Shown here: positions 11,301 through 20,598 of the stretch, in pieces
Layout: each line of letters begins with the position of its first letter
How positions within the stretch are numbered: the stretch's first letter is position 1
NCBI RefSeq assembly: GCF_036917815.1
Contig: NZ_JBALEK010000098.1
Location: 1,915-65,914 of the forward strand
DNA from: Nostoc sp.
GTDB taxonomy: Bacteria; Cyanobacteriota; Cyanobacteriia; Cyanobacteriales; Nostocaceae
Direction: 5' to 3'
DNA length: 64,000 nt
Notes under the pieces: model-generated
What the model saw: the letters and a program-made list of their open reading frames with translations, nothing else
Told to the model about the DNA's origin: nothing
The model's database searches: none
Position numbers and translations under genes: made by a program

Positions 11301-11480
11301 TGCCATTGTTTCGGGGCTAGCTCCCGGTCGGGAAGCGCTTACCTGAATTGTCGGATAATCTACACTTGGTAAATCGCTGATTGGCAGCAAACGATAACTC
11401 ATGAAACCGAAAATCAAAATCGCCGCCATCACCAGAGTCGTCATGATCGGGCGGCGGATAAATGGTTCTGAGAGGTTCAT
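8358..11480 (-). CDS. RND efflux permease, AcrB/MdtB-C type (1040 aa), paralog of 5003-8125
   Basis: Same length and same proton-relay motifs (VDDAIVMLEN, VKKNGIM, RFRPIMMTT); start overlaps the adaptor stop by 4 bp. Confidence 0.95.
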   Translation of the reverse strand: MNLSEPFIRRPIMTTLVMAAILIFGFMSYRLLPISDLPSVDYPTIQVSASRPGASPETMAASVARPLEKQFSSIAGLDSLNSTSTLGQTQITLQFNLSRNIDDAAQDVQAAISGASGQIATDLPNPPTYSKVNPADQPILYLYLDSPTLPLSQVDNYAETYLAQKLSTINGVAQVAVYGSQKYAARIQLDPQELATRQIGLDQVATAIQEGNVDLPTGSLSGNHKNFTVQTNGQLQDAAAYRQLIVSYKDGAPIYLYQLGRVIDSVENDKVASWYNNTRAIILTIQRQPGTNTVQVVDTITKLLPKLRDQIPASVEIGILYDASQSIRDSVDDVRFTLILTIALVIFVIFIFLRNLSATVIPSLALPVSLIGTFAVMYLLQYSLDNLSLMALTLSVGFVVDDAIVMLENIVRHIEMGERPVEAALNGSREIGFTILSMTLSLVAVFIPMLFMSEVLGRLFHEFAVTIAVAILVSGFVSLTLTPMLCSRFLRPVDHTRQSRLYQASEYVFDRFLGLYDWSLKKVLKYHRTTMILSVFLFAVTVGLLMVVPKGFIPSQDTGQITGVTQAAQDASFDNLVKHQQTVANLIRQDPNVDAVNSNIGAGASASGGGAAVAANSGSLFIRLKPRSQRQLGADEIVQNLRTKLATVPGIQVFLQNPPAIPIGAQQSTGLYQVALQSSDVKPLQEYVPQLVIKMKEMTELQDVNSDLQFASQIKIDIDRDKASTYGITAQQIENTLRSAYGSYQVSTIYAATNEYQVILELAPQFQQDINALLALYINSSTGVAVPLKTFAKLSQGVSPLMVNHNGRMNAATISFNLAPGVALGNANEEIEKVINQVIPASISTSFQGASQVFQSSLPSLGLLLAIAILVIYLILGVLYEDFIHPITILSGLPSAGFGALLTLIIFHVELNVYSFIGIILLVGIVKKNGIMMVDFAIEAQREEGKKPSEAIYQACLVRFRPIMMTTMAALMGTLPIAIGFGAGSESRRPLGIAVVGGLVFSQILTLYLTPVFYIYMESWRKKLSQVKFRRVFSFSGGRS

Positions 11481-13102
11481 GAATCACCTCCACTAGATTT
11501 GGGGGATTCTCCCCCTGCCCCCTTTCCTCTTTTTGACTTCGAGGAATTTCCATCGGCATTTGAGTTATTGCCGGCTGTTTTGACGCGGATTTTGCTACCC
11601 GAAACGAGATTCGCTTGCCCATCGGTGACAATTTTATCACCGGGTTGTGGTCCTTTCTCAATCACATCTAGCCCATCAATGGTGCTGCTAACTGTAACTG
11701 GAACATTTTCCACCGTCATGTCTGGCTTGACTACAAAAACAAACTGTCCATCGGGTCCATTCTGCACGGCTTGGGAGGGAACAACTGTTGCATTCGGTTC
11801 TTCAGTCAGCGTTAGGGTTGCGTTGACAAATTGACCAGGAAACAAGTTTTCTTGAGCGTTGTCAAATTGGCCAATCAATTGAATTGTTCCCGTGGTGTTA
11901 TCGACCGTATTATTGACAGATGTCAAAACACCTGGTGTCGAATGACCTTGACTATTGGGGAATGTCACATCTACCTTCAACTTGCCATTTCGCATATACT
12001 TTTGTACCTGGGGTAGATTTGTTTCAGGAATGGAAAAAGCAACTTCAATTGGGCGAATTTGGGTGATGGTAACAAGTGGAGTCGTGCTGCTAGTGCTACC
12101 GGCTGTACTGTTGGTTTGCAGTGCATTCCCCTGAGTCAGCGAAGCACTGCTGTTAGCTTGCACCACATTCCCCTGAGTCACCGAAACATTGCCAGCGCGA
12201 CCATCAATTGGCGCATAAATTTTGGCGTAAGATAATTGCACCTTGGCGTTGTCTAATGCTCCTTGGTCGGAACGAACAACAGCTTGAGCATTAGCGATCG
12301 CTGCTTCATCGCCCTTGACAACTGCACCAGCATTAGTCAGTGCCACTTGATCGCTTTTCAAAACAGCCTGAACATTAGCGATCGCTTCTCGATCTGCTTG
12401 TAGGGTTGCTTGAGCGGTGCGGATGTTTTCAACGTATTGCTGTACTGTATCCAAGCTGATCGCGCCCTTCTTGTACAATGCACCATAGCGATCGCTCTGT
12501 CCCTGAGCAAAATTTACTTGTGCTTCATCCTTAATCACAGTCGCCTGGGCTTGTCGCACAGAGGCTTGGTCTTTGATTAAGGTGGCCCTAGCTTGGTCTA
12601 CCTGACCCAAATCTCTAGCTAATGCAGATCTAGCTTGTTCTACCGAGGCTTGGTCTTTGGCGACAGTGCCTTCAGCTTGCTGGATTGCAGCAGTTTGCGA
12701 TCGGTCATCTATAGTAAACAAAAGTTGTCCCTTTTTCACATCTTGACCTTTCTTGAAATAAACTCCAATAATCCGTCCAGTGGCTTCGGGCGTAATCGAT
12801 ACCGTAGATCCTGATTGCACATTACCGATGGCCTGCAATTGTACCGGAACCGTTTTTTGTGTCACCATTGCCACGGATACAGGTGTCACTTGCTGCTTAT
12901 TACGATCGGCTTTTCCCGTTTTCTCTGTCTTAGCTGCACCCGCATGGATACCCAAAAAAACCAACCCACCCAGCACCATCACGCCCAAAATTACCCAAAT
13001 AATCTTTTTTGGCGATCGCTTTTTTGGCGATCGTGGTAGCTCCGATTCTATAATATTCTCAGTCAAACTCTCGTTACTCTCGTTAGGAATTTCATGGTTC
13101 AT
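11477..13102 (-). CDS. RND periplasmic adaptor (MdtA/HlyD-like) with extended alpha-hairpin
   Basis: N-terminal TM helix, GQDVKKGQLLFTID, IYAPIDG, LFPGQFV; 14-aa helical repeats. Confidence 0.92.
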   Translation of the reverse strand: MNHEIPNESNESLTENIIESELPRSPKKRSPKKIIWVILGVMVLGGLVFLGIHAGAAKTEKTGKADRNKQQVTPVSVAMVTQKTVPVQLQAIGNVQSGSTVSITPEATGRIIGVYFKKGQDVKKGQLLFTIDDRSQTAAIQQAEGTVAKDQASVEQARSALARDLGQVDQARATLIKDQASVRQAQATVIKDEAQVNFAQGQSDRYGALYKKGAISLDTVQQYVENIRTAQATLQADREAIANVQAVLKSDQVALTNAGAVVKGDEAAIANAQAVVRSDQGALDNAKVQLSYAKIYAPIDGRAGNVSVTQGNVVQANSSASLTQGNALQTNSTAGSTSSTTPLVTITQIRPIEVAFSIPETNLPQVQKYMRNGKLKVDVTFPNSQGHSTPGVLTSVNNTVDNTTGTIQLIGQFDNAQENLFPGQFVNATLTLTEEPNATVVPSQAVQNGPDGQFVFVVKPDMTVENVPVTVSSTIDGLDVIEKGPQPGDKIVTDGQANLVSGSKIRVKTAGNNSNADGNSSKSKRGKGAGGESPKSSGGDS

Positions 13103-13191
13103 CAGAACCTCCAGTGGATTTTAGTGTAAGTAATTAGGCGTAAATAAATTAAAGTTTGTAGTCAGGACTTTAATCCTGACAATCCTTATTA

Positions 13192-13314
13192 TGAATGACC
13201 TCTCGTTCCTGGGCTGCTGCCTGGTAATGCTCTTGTGGTGGGCTGCTGCCTCCCGTCAAACAAGCAGGCACCAGCCTACCTTGATCGCATTCCCAGGCAG
13301 AGCCGGGGAACGAG
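13192..13314. repeat. MITE-like repeat with ctcgttcc / ggaacgag ends
   Basis: Terminal IR; second copy at 1113-1197. Confidence 0.7.
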
Positions 13315-13650
13315 ATACCTACTTATTATAAACAGCCAAATTCTTTTCCCATTTCAACTCGTGTTTATCCAAATTTGATTTGAAGCAGTACAAAAATATT
13401 ACACCTCAAACTTTGACAAAACAATGATCTTTAGACAAAAAATCCCATAAATTAAAGAGGAGATCAGAGTATAATTACAACAACAACTACCAGAAGTAAT
13501 CCGATATGAATAATTAGTTTTTTCTGGTTTGCTCGATGCGCCTTGTAATTTAAATCAAACCCATAATATTGCTCAATATCACTTAGGGAATCATAGTCTA
13601 AAGGTTTCATCATTTTAAATCCTTTGATATTGACTGGGATTTTTGCTGAT

Positions 13651-14628
13651 TTATGACTTACTTAGCTGCCGATGTAGAATTTTTAGAGCTTGTTTTTCTA
13701 TTTGCCGGACTCGTTCACGACTAATACCCATACGCTGACCAATCTGTTCTAAAGAAAGTTCATTCCCGTCTGTCAAACCAAAGTGCAAATTTAATATTTC
13801 TTGTTGTTGGCGAGACAGATTTGACAATAAAATTTCCACATCTTCATTGAGAGATTCGTCGGTGTTATAGGCATTACCAGAACTGCAATCTTCGATTAAA
13901 TCTTGTAATTGTATATCTTTGTCCGCTCCAATCCGAATATCTAGAGAGATAGTTTGACGAGCCAAAAGTAGAAATTCTCGAATCTGACTAGGCTTTAAAG
14001 AAAGTGCATCAGCAATTTCGTTACTGGTGGGAATGCGACCCAGTTTTTGAGACAATTCTCGCTGAACACGCTTAATTTTGTTTAACTTCTCATTGATGTG
14101 AATGGGTAATCTAATCGCGCGTCCTTGCTGGGCGATCGCCCTAGTAATTGCTTGACGAATCCACCAGTAAGCGTAAGTTGAAAATCTGTATCCTAAAGCC
14201 GGATTGAATTTTTCAACCCCTCTCTCCAAACCCAAGTTACCTTCTTGAATTAAGTCCATAAGCTCTAAGTTCCGTCTCTGATATTGCTTGGCGATTGACA
14301 CCACCAGCCGGAGATTAGATGCCATCATTTTCTGCTTGGCTTTTTTCCCTTGATTTAGCTGCTCAAGTAGTTCCTGTTCACTTAACTGCATCTGGTTAGC
14401 CCATTCTGACACTGTGGGTGTACGATTTAATTCAACAGCCAGTTTTTCTGATTCAGCAAGTATTGTCATCATCTGCTGAATTTGTTGGGCAAAAAGAATT
14501 TCTTCCTCCTGGGTTAACAGAGGTATCCGGCCAATTTCTTGAAGATAAGCACGGACTGTATCAGTTGGAGATTGAGATGCTTTGCTTGTGTTACTAGCTT
14601 TGGTATCTGGGAATGTTAAGTTACTCAT
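13651..14628 (-). CDS. Group 2 (RpoD/SigA-family) sigma factor
   Basis: Region 1.2 DTVRAYLQEIGRIPLL, region 2 DLIQEGNLGL..FSTYAYWWIRQAI, region 4 SRERVRQIE; no region 1.1; GGAGG RBS. Confidence 0.93.
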   Translation of the reverse strand: MSNLTFPDTKASNTSKASQSPTDTVRAYLQEIGRIPLLTQEEEILFAQQIQQMMTILAESEKLAVELNRTPTVSEWANQMQLSEQELLEQLNQGKKAKQKMMASNLRLVVSIAKQYQRRNLELMDLIQEGNLGLERGVEKFNPALGYRFSTYAYWWIRQAITRAIAQQGRAIRLPIHINEKLNKIKRVQRELSQKLGRIPTSNEIADALSLKPSQIREFLLLARQTISLDIRIGADKDIQLQDLIEDCSSGNAYNTDESLNEDVEILLSNLSRQQQEILNLHFGLTDGNELSLEQIGQRMGISRERVRQIEKQALKILHRQLSKS

Positions 14629-14648
14629 ACTGACTTAGCCTCCGCCTA

Positions 14649-15557
14649 TTAATTAGGGTATTTTGTATTCAAGAAGAACCGCAGATAGTGACTAGATGAA
14701 CCATAAAAGTTTTTATAAAAAAACCAGGTATCAAGCACTAATTCTAAAAGAGCAATCAACACCCAAATTGCTAGAGAAACAATTACAGGTAGGCTGAGAT
14801 CGGGAAATTCCCTTTGCAAATCGATAATGCCAAATAACAGTAAAAACAGGAGTGAAACTCCCAGAAGAAAGGACAACTTGACGATGGCAAGAATGAAACG
14901 GCTAATCTCCAAGATGCGATTGTAAAGCCGGGAAAATCTCTCCAATATTTCTTCCATGTTATTGATCACAAGTGCAATTTGCTGTCGGTGCAGATGGGTA
15001 GCTAAGGAGGGCTGTTGCTGTATTTGCATCCATTCATGTTCATTCTTGAAATTATCTAAAAGCTTGTCCAAATGTAGCCCCTGGGAGCTAGTTGTCCAGA
15101 TGGGGAAATCCTTTAAATGCAAGGGGACTAAATAGTTAATCAGCGCTATCAGAGTTTCATTAAAATCACTGAGTTCGGGGGGAAGAGACTGAGTTAGACG
15201 AATGAGTTGGTCAATCTGAATCTGAAGTGTATGGTAGTCCTCATGCCGCCTTTGAGCGATCAACTGACTAGTAAAGGTGAGGAAAACAATTAACACCCCC
15301 AATAAAGCAGCTAGAGACTGGGATACAGCAGAAAAGAATTCAATGGCCACCTGTTTAGGTACTGTCAGCCAGGGGGCATTTTCCCGCATTGAAAAAACCA
15401 GGGTGACAACAAATACAATCCCGATGATCGCTAGCTGATGGCGGGTAATAGTAATGATGATTATCCGCACCAAAGGAGTGTTACTGAGTTGAACCAGGAT
15501 TTGCAAACCTGGGACTGGTTCACAATTTTGAAGTCGTTGGGCTTTGCGGGTTGACAT
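14649..15557 (-). CDS. Hypothetical membrane protein (about 2 TM - helical domain - 2 TM)
   Basis: 302-aa ORF with 45-bp and 20-bp gaps to its neighbours; hydrophobic stretches at ~42-57, 72-99, 220-246 and 255-280. Confidence 0.75.
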   Translation of the reverse strand: MSTRKAQRLQNCEPVPGLQILVQLSNTPLVRIIIITITRHQLAIIGIVFVVTLVFSMRENAPWLTVPKQVAIEFFSAVSQSLAALLGVLIVFLTFTSQLIAQRRHEDYHTLQIQIDQLIRLTQSLPPELSDFNETLIALINYLVPLHLKDFPIWTTSSQGLHLDKLLDNFKNEHEWMQIQQQPSLATHLHRQQIALVINNMEEILERFSRLYNRILEISRFILAIVKLSFLLGVSLLFLLLFGIIDLQREFPDLSLPVIVSLAIWVLIALLELVLDTWFFYKNFYGSSSHYLRFFLNTKYPN

Positions 15558-15602
15558 GATTCCAAGTGACGATGGTAGATATTGTCAAAAGTATCCCTAT
15601 AC

Positions 15603-16883
15603 TTATTTGCCACCCTGCAAACTCAGATGATTGTCCCCAGACTGAATCAATTTGCTCAAGTCAGCAACGGCGCTAGCATACTGAGGATCAGCTAATGTCG
15701 CCACAGTTCGGTTTTGCAATAATGCTTTCTGTTGTGCCTCGCTTAACTCCACGGTAATATCTGGGGCAATGCCGACATGATTGATATCTCGACCTTTGGG
15801 TGTGTAGTATTTTGCGATCGTTAGTTTCAGCGCCGAACCATCATCGAGTGGCTCTACAGCTTGAACTAAACCCTTACCGAAGGTGCGAGTCCCGACTAAT
15901 GTGGCGCGACGATCATCTTGCAGCGCTCCCGAAAGAATTTCGCTGGCGCTGGCAGATCCCTTATCGACTAGTATCACTAAGGGTTTGTTGGTGAGAGGAT
16001 GTCCCGACGCATTGTAGTTTTCCTTAACTTTGTCTCGATTTACCAAAGACACGATCGCACCTTGCTTCAACCACATACTGGCAATTTGCAAACTCGCATC
16101 TAGCAGTCCACCTGGATCGGAACGCAGATCCAGAACGTAGCCTTGTACTTGCTGTTTTTCTAATGCTTGAATTGCCTGACGCATCTCTGCGGGGGCTGTT
16201 TCAGTAAACTCTGGCAAACGAATGTAACCAATCTTCCCTGCTTCCGTTGTTTGCGTGTTATAAGTTACAGGATGGATAGCAATATTGGCGCGGGTCAGGT
16301 TGAAATTTTGGGATTGCTTACCCCGTTGAATCGTCAGTACTACCTTGGTTCCCACCGGGCCAAGAATCCGCTTCACGGCATCCTCAATTTTCATTCCCCG
16401 AGTTATTTTACCGTTAATTTGGACAATTACATCGTCCGGCAAAATACCTGCTTTAAAAGCGGGTGTTCCTTCAATGGGGGCGATAACGGTTAAAGCTTTA
16501 GTTTTTTCATTTTCTGCTAGTTCCAGCCCTACACCACTGAGGTTGCCAGAAAGATCGCTATTGAGGGCTTGGTATTCCTGGGGGTCGAAAAACTCAGTGT
16601 AGCGATCGCCTAATTTCCCCACCATTTCTTGAATCGCCCCATAAGCCTCTTTCTTGGAACTATAGGAACGGCTAAGATATTGCTGTCGAATCGCTTTCCA
16701 ATCTTGATGGTTAAAGCTGACATCAACATAATTTTTATCTAAAATTTGCCACACCTCATCCACCAGCTTTTGGGGGCTAGGTTGGGTTATACCTAGAGCT
16801 TTGGAAGCGTAGATACCAGTTACTGCAAGGATTGCTGCCATAGCAGCGATTTCTATCTTGACGATGAATTTTTGCTTGAACAT
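15603..16883 (-). CDS. S41 C-terminal processing protease (CtpA/Prc family)
   Basis: Signal peptide, PDZ (GVGL), DLRSDPGGLL, catalytic SASASE and TFGKGLVQ. Confidence 0.93.
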   Translation of the reverse strand: MFKQKFIVKIEIAAMAAILAVTGIYASKALGITQPSPQKLVDEVWQILDKNYVDVSFNHQDWKAIRQQYLSRSYSSKKEAYGAIQEMVGKLGDRYTEFFDPQEYQALNSDLSGNLSGVGLELAENEKTKALTVIAPIEGTPAFKAGILPDDVIVQINGKITRGMKIEDAVKRILGPVGTKVVLTIQRGKQSQNFNLTRANIAIHPVTYNTQTTEAGKIGYIRLPEFTETAPAEMRQAIQALEKQQVQGYVLDLRSDPGGLLDASLQIASMWLKQGAIVSLVNRDKVKENYNASGHPLTNKPLVILVDKGSASASEILSGALQDDRRATLVGTRTFGKGLVQAVEPLDDGSALKLTIAKYYTPKGRDINHVGIAPDITVELSEAQQKALLQNRTVATLADPQYASAVADLSKLIQSGDNHLSLQGGK

Positions 16884-17131
16884 ACTTTAACCATTAAAGA
16901 AAAATACAGAATCCAGAATCCACAATGCAATCAGTGGGGGAATAAATACCCGCAGTCAGATATAATTTATGGCTTTATTCTGACGAATGACTCGTGGATT
17001 CTGTTTTGATAAAACTACTAGTACCGCTTCTCTACAAGACGCTACGCAAAGTTTTAATTCGTAATTCTTAATTACCATTGCGTCAGGGTTTTAGACATTT
17101 TAAATGGGTGGCTTATTTACGCTGAACTGGA

Positions 17132-17515
17132 CTAGGAATTATCTGGAGATTGCCCTTTACGGTGGGGATAGGCAGTCTTAAAAATCTCCTGAATTTTAGT
17201 CTTTTGTTCAGGAGTCAGATTCAGGCTCAACACTGCTTTACGCATTTTTTCACCTTGTTGCAATTTCGCTGACAATTCTTTTACCTGATCTGGGGTCAAA
17301 ACTGCCTCAATTTGCTTGCGAACTGCTTCGCGTTTTTGAGCGCGTTCCGGCGTATTCGATGGAGAAGGATTTGTCGTAGAAGTGTCAGATACCTTTGTCC
17401 CAGAGTCGCCTCCTTGAGACACATCTGGAGACTTAGAACTGCTGCAACCTGTCATTCCTACGATGAAGATAGTTGCAAATAGAAGCGTTGGTAAAATTAT
17501 CTGTTTTTTAATCAT
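17132..17515 (-). CDS. Lipoprotein with LTxxQ motifs (Spy/CpxP-like)
   Basis: Lipobox MTGC; motifs LTPDQ and LTPEQ. Confidence 0.75.
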   Translation of the reverse strand: MIKKQIILPTLLFATIFIVGMTGCSSSKSPDVSQGGDSGTKVSDTSTTNPSPSNTPERAQKREAVRKQIEAVLTPDQVKELSAKLQQGEKMRKAVLSLNLTPEQKTKIQEIFKTAYPHRKGQSPDNS

Positions 17516-17804
17516 TTACTTCTCTTGTTTTTGTTGTTCCGACTATCAAGACTTACACAAACAATAGCCTAAATTCTGATTTTCAGTAGGGGAAATTCAT
17601 GAATTAACCCTACTATCCAGTTACATCAGCTAATCTTAGAAGTTGGAATAGGTTTGTGCATGAGCTAGAATTCCTAACCTGGCTAGTAAAAAAGTACTAA
17701 AGTTATTGTGACTTTTTTCCTAACTTAGAAATCGTTAATCAGTCGGAAAGACTCTATCAATAGTAGAGACAGATTCGCTATATAGGAAGAAGAGTTTCAG
17801 GGAG

Positions 17805-18330
17805 CATCTCAATGAGTGCAAATATACCTGCCGATTAGAAATCGCGGCTATACAAACTTTCCTCCGCGCAGACGGACTCAAGGAATTGGCAACCGACCTT
17901 CGTGGGTTTTGTCTGTATAGCCAAGCCACTCTGACTTTTCACGGGATCTGGAAAACCTCTCTCCTGCAAGGCTACGGTGTACACACAAGTTGAATTACCC
18001 CCCTTAATCCCCCCGATATATTGGCTACGGTGTACACACAAGTCGAAAAAAGCTCGATTTCTCATTCCCATTGTTCTCTCGTTCTCTCGTTACCATGAAG
18101 AGCATGGGAATGGCTGATTGGGGGCTACCGCTTCCAGTCAAGACATTGAGCCAGAGACTCAATGAATGCATTCCCAGGCGGCAGCCCAGGAAGGAGTAAA
18201 GCCTTATCAAGTTAGGTTTTTAGGACTTGTGCGTACACCGTAGCTTAGAAAGGGGGAAAAAAGAAATCTAGTTCCCTCCCCAATATATCGGGGAGGGTTA
18301 GGGTGGGGTGTTCGCATAGCTTCTCCCCCT
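17805..18330. repeat. Composite of partial MITE ends and palindromic repeats
   Basis: gggagcatctca end (family of 32071), ctgacttttcacg end (family of 32763), two gctacggtgtacacacaagt copies, relative of the 13192 element. Confidence 0.7.
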
Positions 18331-18467
18331 GGGAGAAGCAACTGGCGCGCGAATTTTATTCGCCCAGTTCTGCGACTTCTTCAAAAAGCCGAGAATTTCA
18401 AACCCCCACTAGCACTTTATATTTTCAAAAGGACTGATGTGTTGTTTAACTATTTCCCTCTAAAATT

Positions 18468-19739
18468 GTGAAAATACCTATGGTTCTGTTAGAAAGGCCA
18501 TTGAGTTGGAACAGTTCTATGGTTCGCTTGACCTACCCATCCTTTCGTCTGTTGCTTTACCTAGAGTGGCTGTTATTAGCCACGGCAATGTTCATGGAAG
18601 TTCTGCTGCCCTTTGAGCTGTCCTGGTCGTTGCTGCTACGAGTTGTCGTGATTGCAACCTTCAGCTTGATGGGCTTGAGACTACCAATGGTTAAGCTGGA
18701 AACCAAATTATTTTATACAGCCCTGGAATTCATTTTAATTTTGCTGCCAGCGACTCAACATGGCTTATCTAGTCGCTCGGTTTTTCTGCTGTGCCTAGTA
18801 CTGGTGATGCGGAGTTGTCTGGTCTTTAAGCAATCGGGACAGTTGGTTGTCTTGGGTTTATCTCTGCTTACTTATGGAACACTGCTTTTGTCAAGACCCA
18901 TTGTACCTGAGAATTTTATGCCAGATAAGCTGATCGCCATGTCCTGGGATTGGCGATTAAGTAATATATTATTGTTTAGCTTAACGTTAGTATTCGCTTT
19001 ATTATTAATTAACGCTTTGCTTGCAGAGCGGCAAAGTCGAGAGCAGTTAGAAATTGCCCATCAGCAATTAGAGATGATCAATCAACAACTGTGTCAGTAC
19101 GCGCTACGGATTGAAGATCAGGCAACTTTGCAGGAACGCAACCGAATTGCCCGCGAAATTCATGACGGGTTGGGACACACTCTCGCCGCCCAAACTATTC
19201 AGATTAATAATACTCTGTTGTTCTGGCAATCAAATAATGACAAAGCATTGACATTTCTCAAACAGGCAAAAGAACAGGGGGCTGAGGCGCTGCTGGAAAT
19301 TCGGCGATCGCTTTCTGTTTTGCGTTCAAATCCTTTGCAAGGGCAATCTCTCAAATCAGCCATTGAAAAACTGTTGACAGATTTTCAGCAAACCACAGGT
19401 ATTGAACCGTCCTGTAAAATTGATGTCCCGTACACTTTACCAACAGAAGTAAACACTGCCCTGTACCGCATTGTGCAAGAATCGCTGACAAATATTTGCA
19501 AACACGCCCAAGCGACGAGTGTCACTGTTGAAATAGTGGCTCACTCTGGGATGATTCATCTGTCAGTGGAAGATAATGGAAAAGGGTTTAACCCCACTCA
19601 AAATACAACTGGGTTTGGGTTACAAGGGATGCGAGAACGGTCGGTTGCACTAGGCGCCCAGTTGAATCTTCATAGTCAACTAGGAACAGGTTGCTGTATT
19701 TCTGTTTCTTTGCCACTCTCAAAGCTGTTGGTGTTTTAG
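18468..19739 (+). CDS. Sensor histidine kinase, HisKA_3 (NarQ/DesK/LiaS-type)
   Basis: About 5 N-terminal TMs, ERNRIAREIHDGLGH H-box, LYRIVQESLTN, DNGKGF, GFGLQGMRER; exact start uncertain. Confidence 0.93.
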   Translation: MKIPMVLLERPLSWNSSMVRLTYPSFRLLLYLEWLLLATAMFMEVLLPFELSWSLLLRVVVIATFSLMGLRLPMVKLETKLFYTALEFILILLPATQHGLSSRSVFLLCLVLVMRSCLVFKQSGQLVVLGLSLLTYGTLLLSRPIVPENFMPDKLIAMSWDWRLSNILLFSLTLVFALLLINALLAERQSREQLEIAHQQLEMINQQLCQYALRIEDQATLQERNRIAREIHDGLGHTLAAQTIQINNTLLFWQSNNDKALTFLKQAKEQGAEALLEIRRSLSVLRSNPLQGQSLKSAIEKLLTDFQQTTGIEPSCKIDVPYTLPTEVNTALYRIVQESLTNICKHAQATSVTVEIVAHSGMIHLSVEDNGKGFNPTQNTTGFGLQGMRERSVALGAQLNLHSQLGTGCCISVSLPLSKLLVF

Positions 19740-19742
19740 CTT

Positions 19743-20390
19743 ATGATTCAGATTTTATTAGTTGACGATCAGCATCTCATTCGCCAGGGACTTAAGAGTA
19801 TGCTGGAGTCGAATGCAGAGATGCAGGTAATCGGTGAGGCGGAGAATGGGCAACGGGCACTCGAACAAATTGCCGCACTACAACCCGATATTGTGCTAAT
19901 GGATATTCGGATGCCCGTAATGGATGGAGTGGCCACAACAAAAGCGATCGCTCAACAATATCCTGACATTAAGGTTCTCGTCCTCACCACCTTCGATGAT
20001 GATGAGTATGTTTTCCAGGCGATGCGGCTGGGTGCAAAGGGCTATTTGCTCAAGGATACCGAACCAGATGAACTAATGTTGGCAATTCGATCTGTCTACA
20101 AGGGACAAACCCTACTCGGCCCAGGATTGTTTGAGAAAGCACTCACGCCTATTGCCGCACCTGTCGCGTCTGTGCAAACTCCTCCAGAATTGGCGCAACT
20201 CACACCCAGAGAATTAGATGTATTACGGTTAATTGCTTGTGGAGCCAATAACCGTGAAATTGCTGAATCGCTGTTTCTTTCAGAAAATACTGTTAAAAAT
20301 TATGTGACAAATATTCTGAGTCGCTTGAGTTTACGCGATCGCACTCAAGCCGCTTTATTTGCCCATTCGTTGTTTGGTGGACTTAAATAA
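19743..20390 (+). CDS. NarL/LuxR-family response regulator
   Basis: REC (LLVDD, D in LMDIRMP, KD) plus LuxR HTH LTPRELDVL..SENTVKNYV; 3 bp after the kinase. Confidence 0.95.
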   Translation: MIQILLVDDQHLIRQGLKSMLESNAEMQVIGEAENGQRALEQIAALQPDIVLMDIRMPVMDGVATTKAIAQQYPDIKVLVLTTFDDDEYVFQAMRLGAKGYLLKDTEPDELMLAIRSVYKGQTLLGPGLFEKALTPIAAPVASVQTPPELAQLTPRELDVLRLIACGANNREIAESLFLSENTVKNYVTNILSRLSLRDRTQAALFAHSLFGGLK

Positions 20391-20598
20391 TTGAAGGAGG
20401 CAGAAGGAGTTTTTCAGTTGGGGATTCGACCCTACTGATTTAGCAGCCCTGAACGAGAGTTCAATGGGGGTCTTAAACCCAAGGTCAGCAATGCTTCGCG
20501 ACTGTTACAGAGTGCAGTTTTTCTCCAACATCCTCGATAAACTAGGTGACATACTCCACACACTCCTAAGAGTGAGTGTGGGCTTCTCAATGACTCTT

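Noticed and set aside
20526-20535. caacatcctc near the right end of both tnpB copies (also 48378-48387)
   Set aside because: Spacing to the element end differs (10 versus 16 bp) and it is absent at the third copy; treated as chance.
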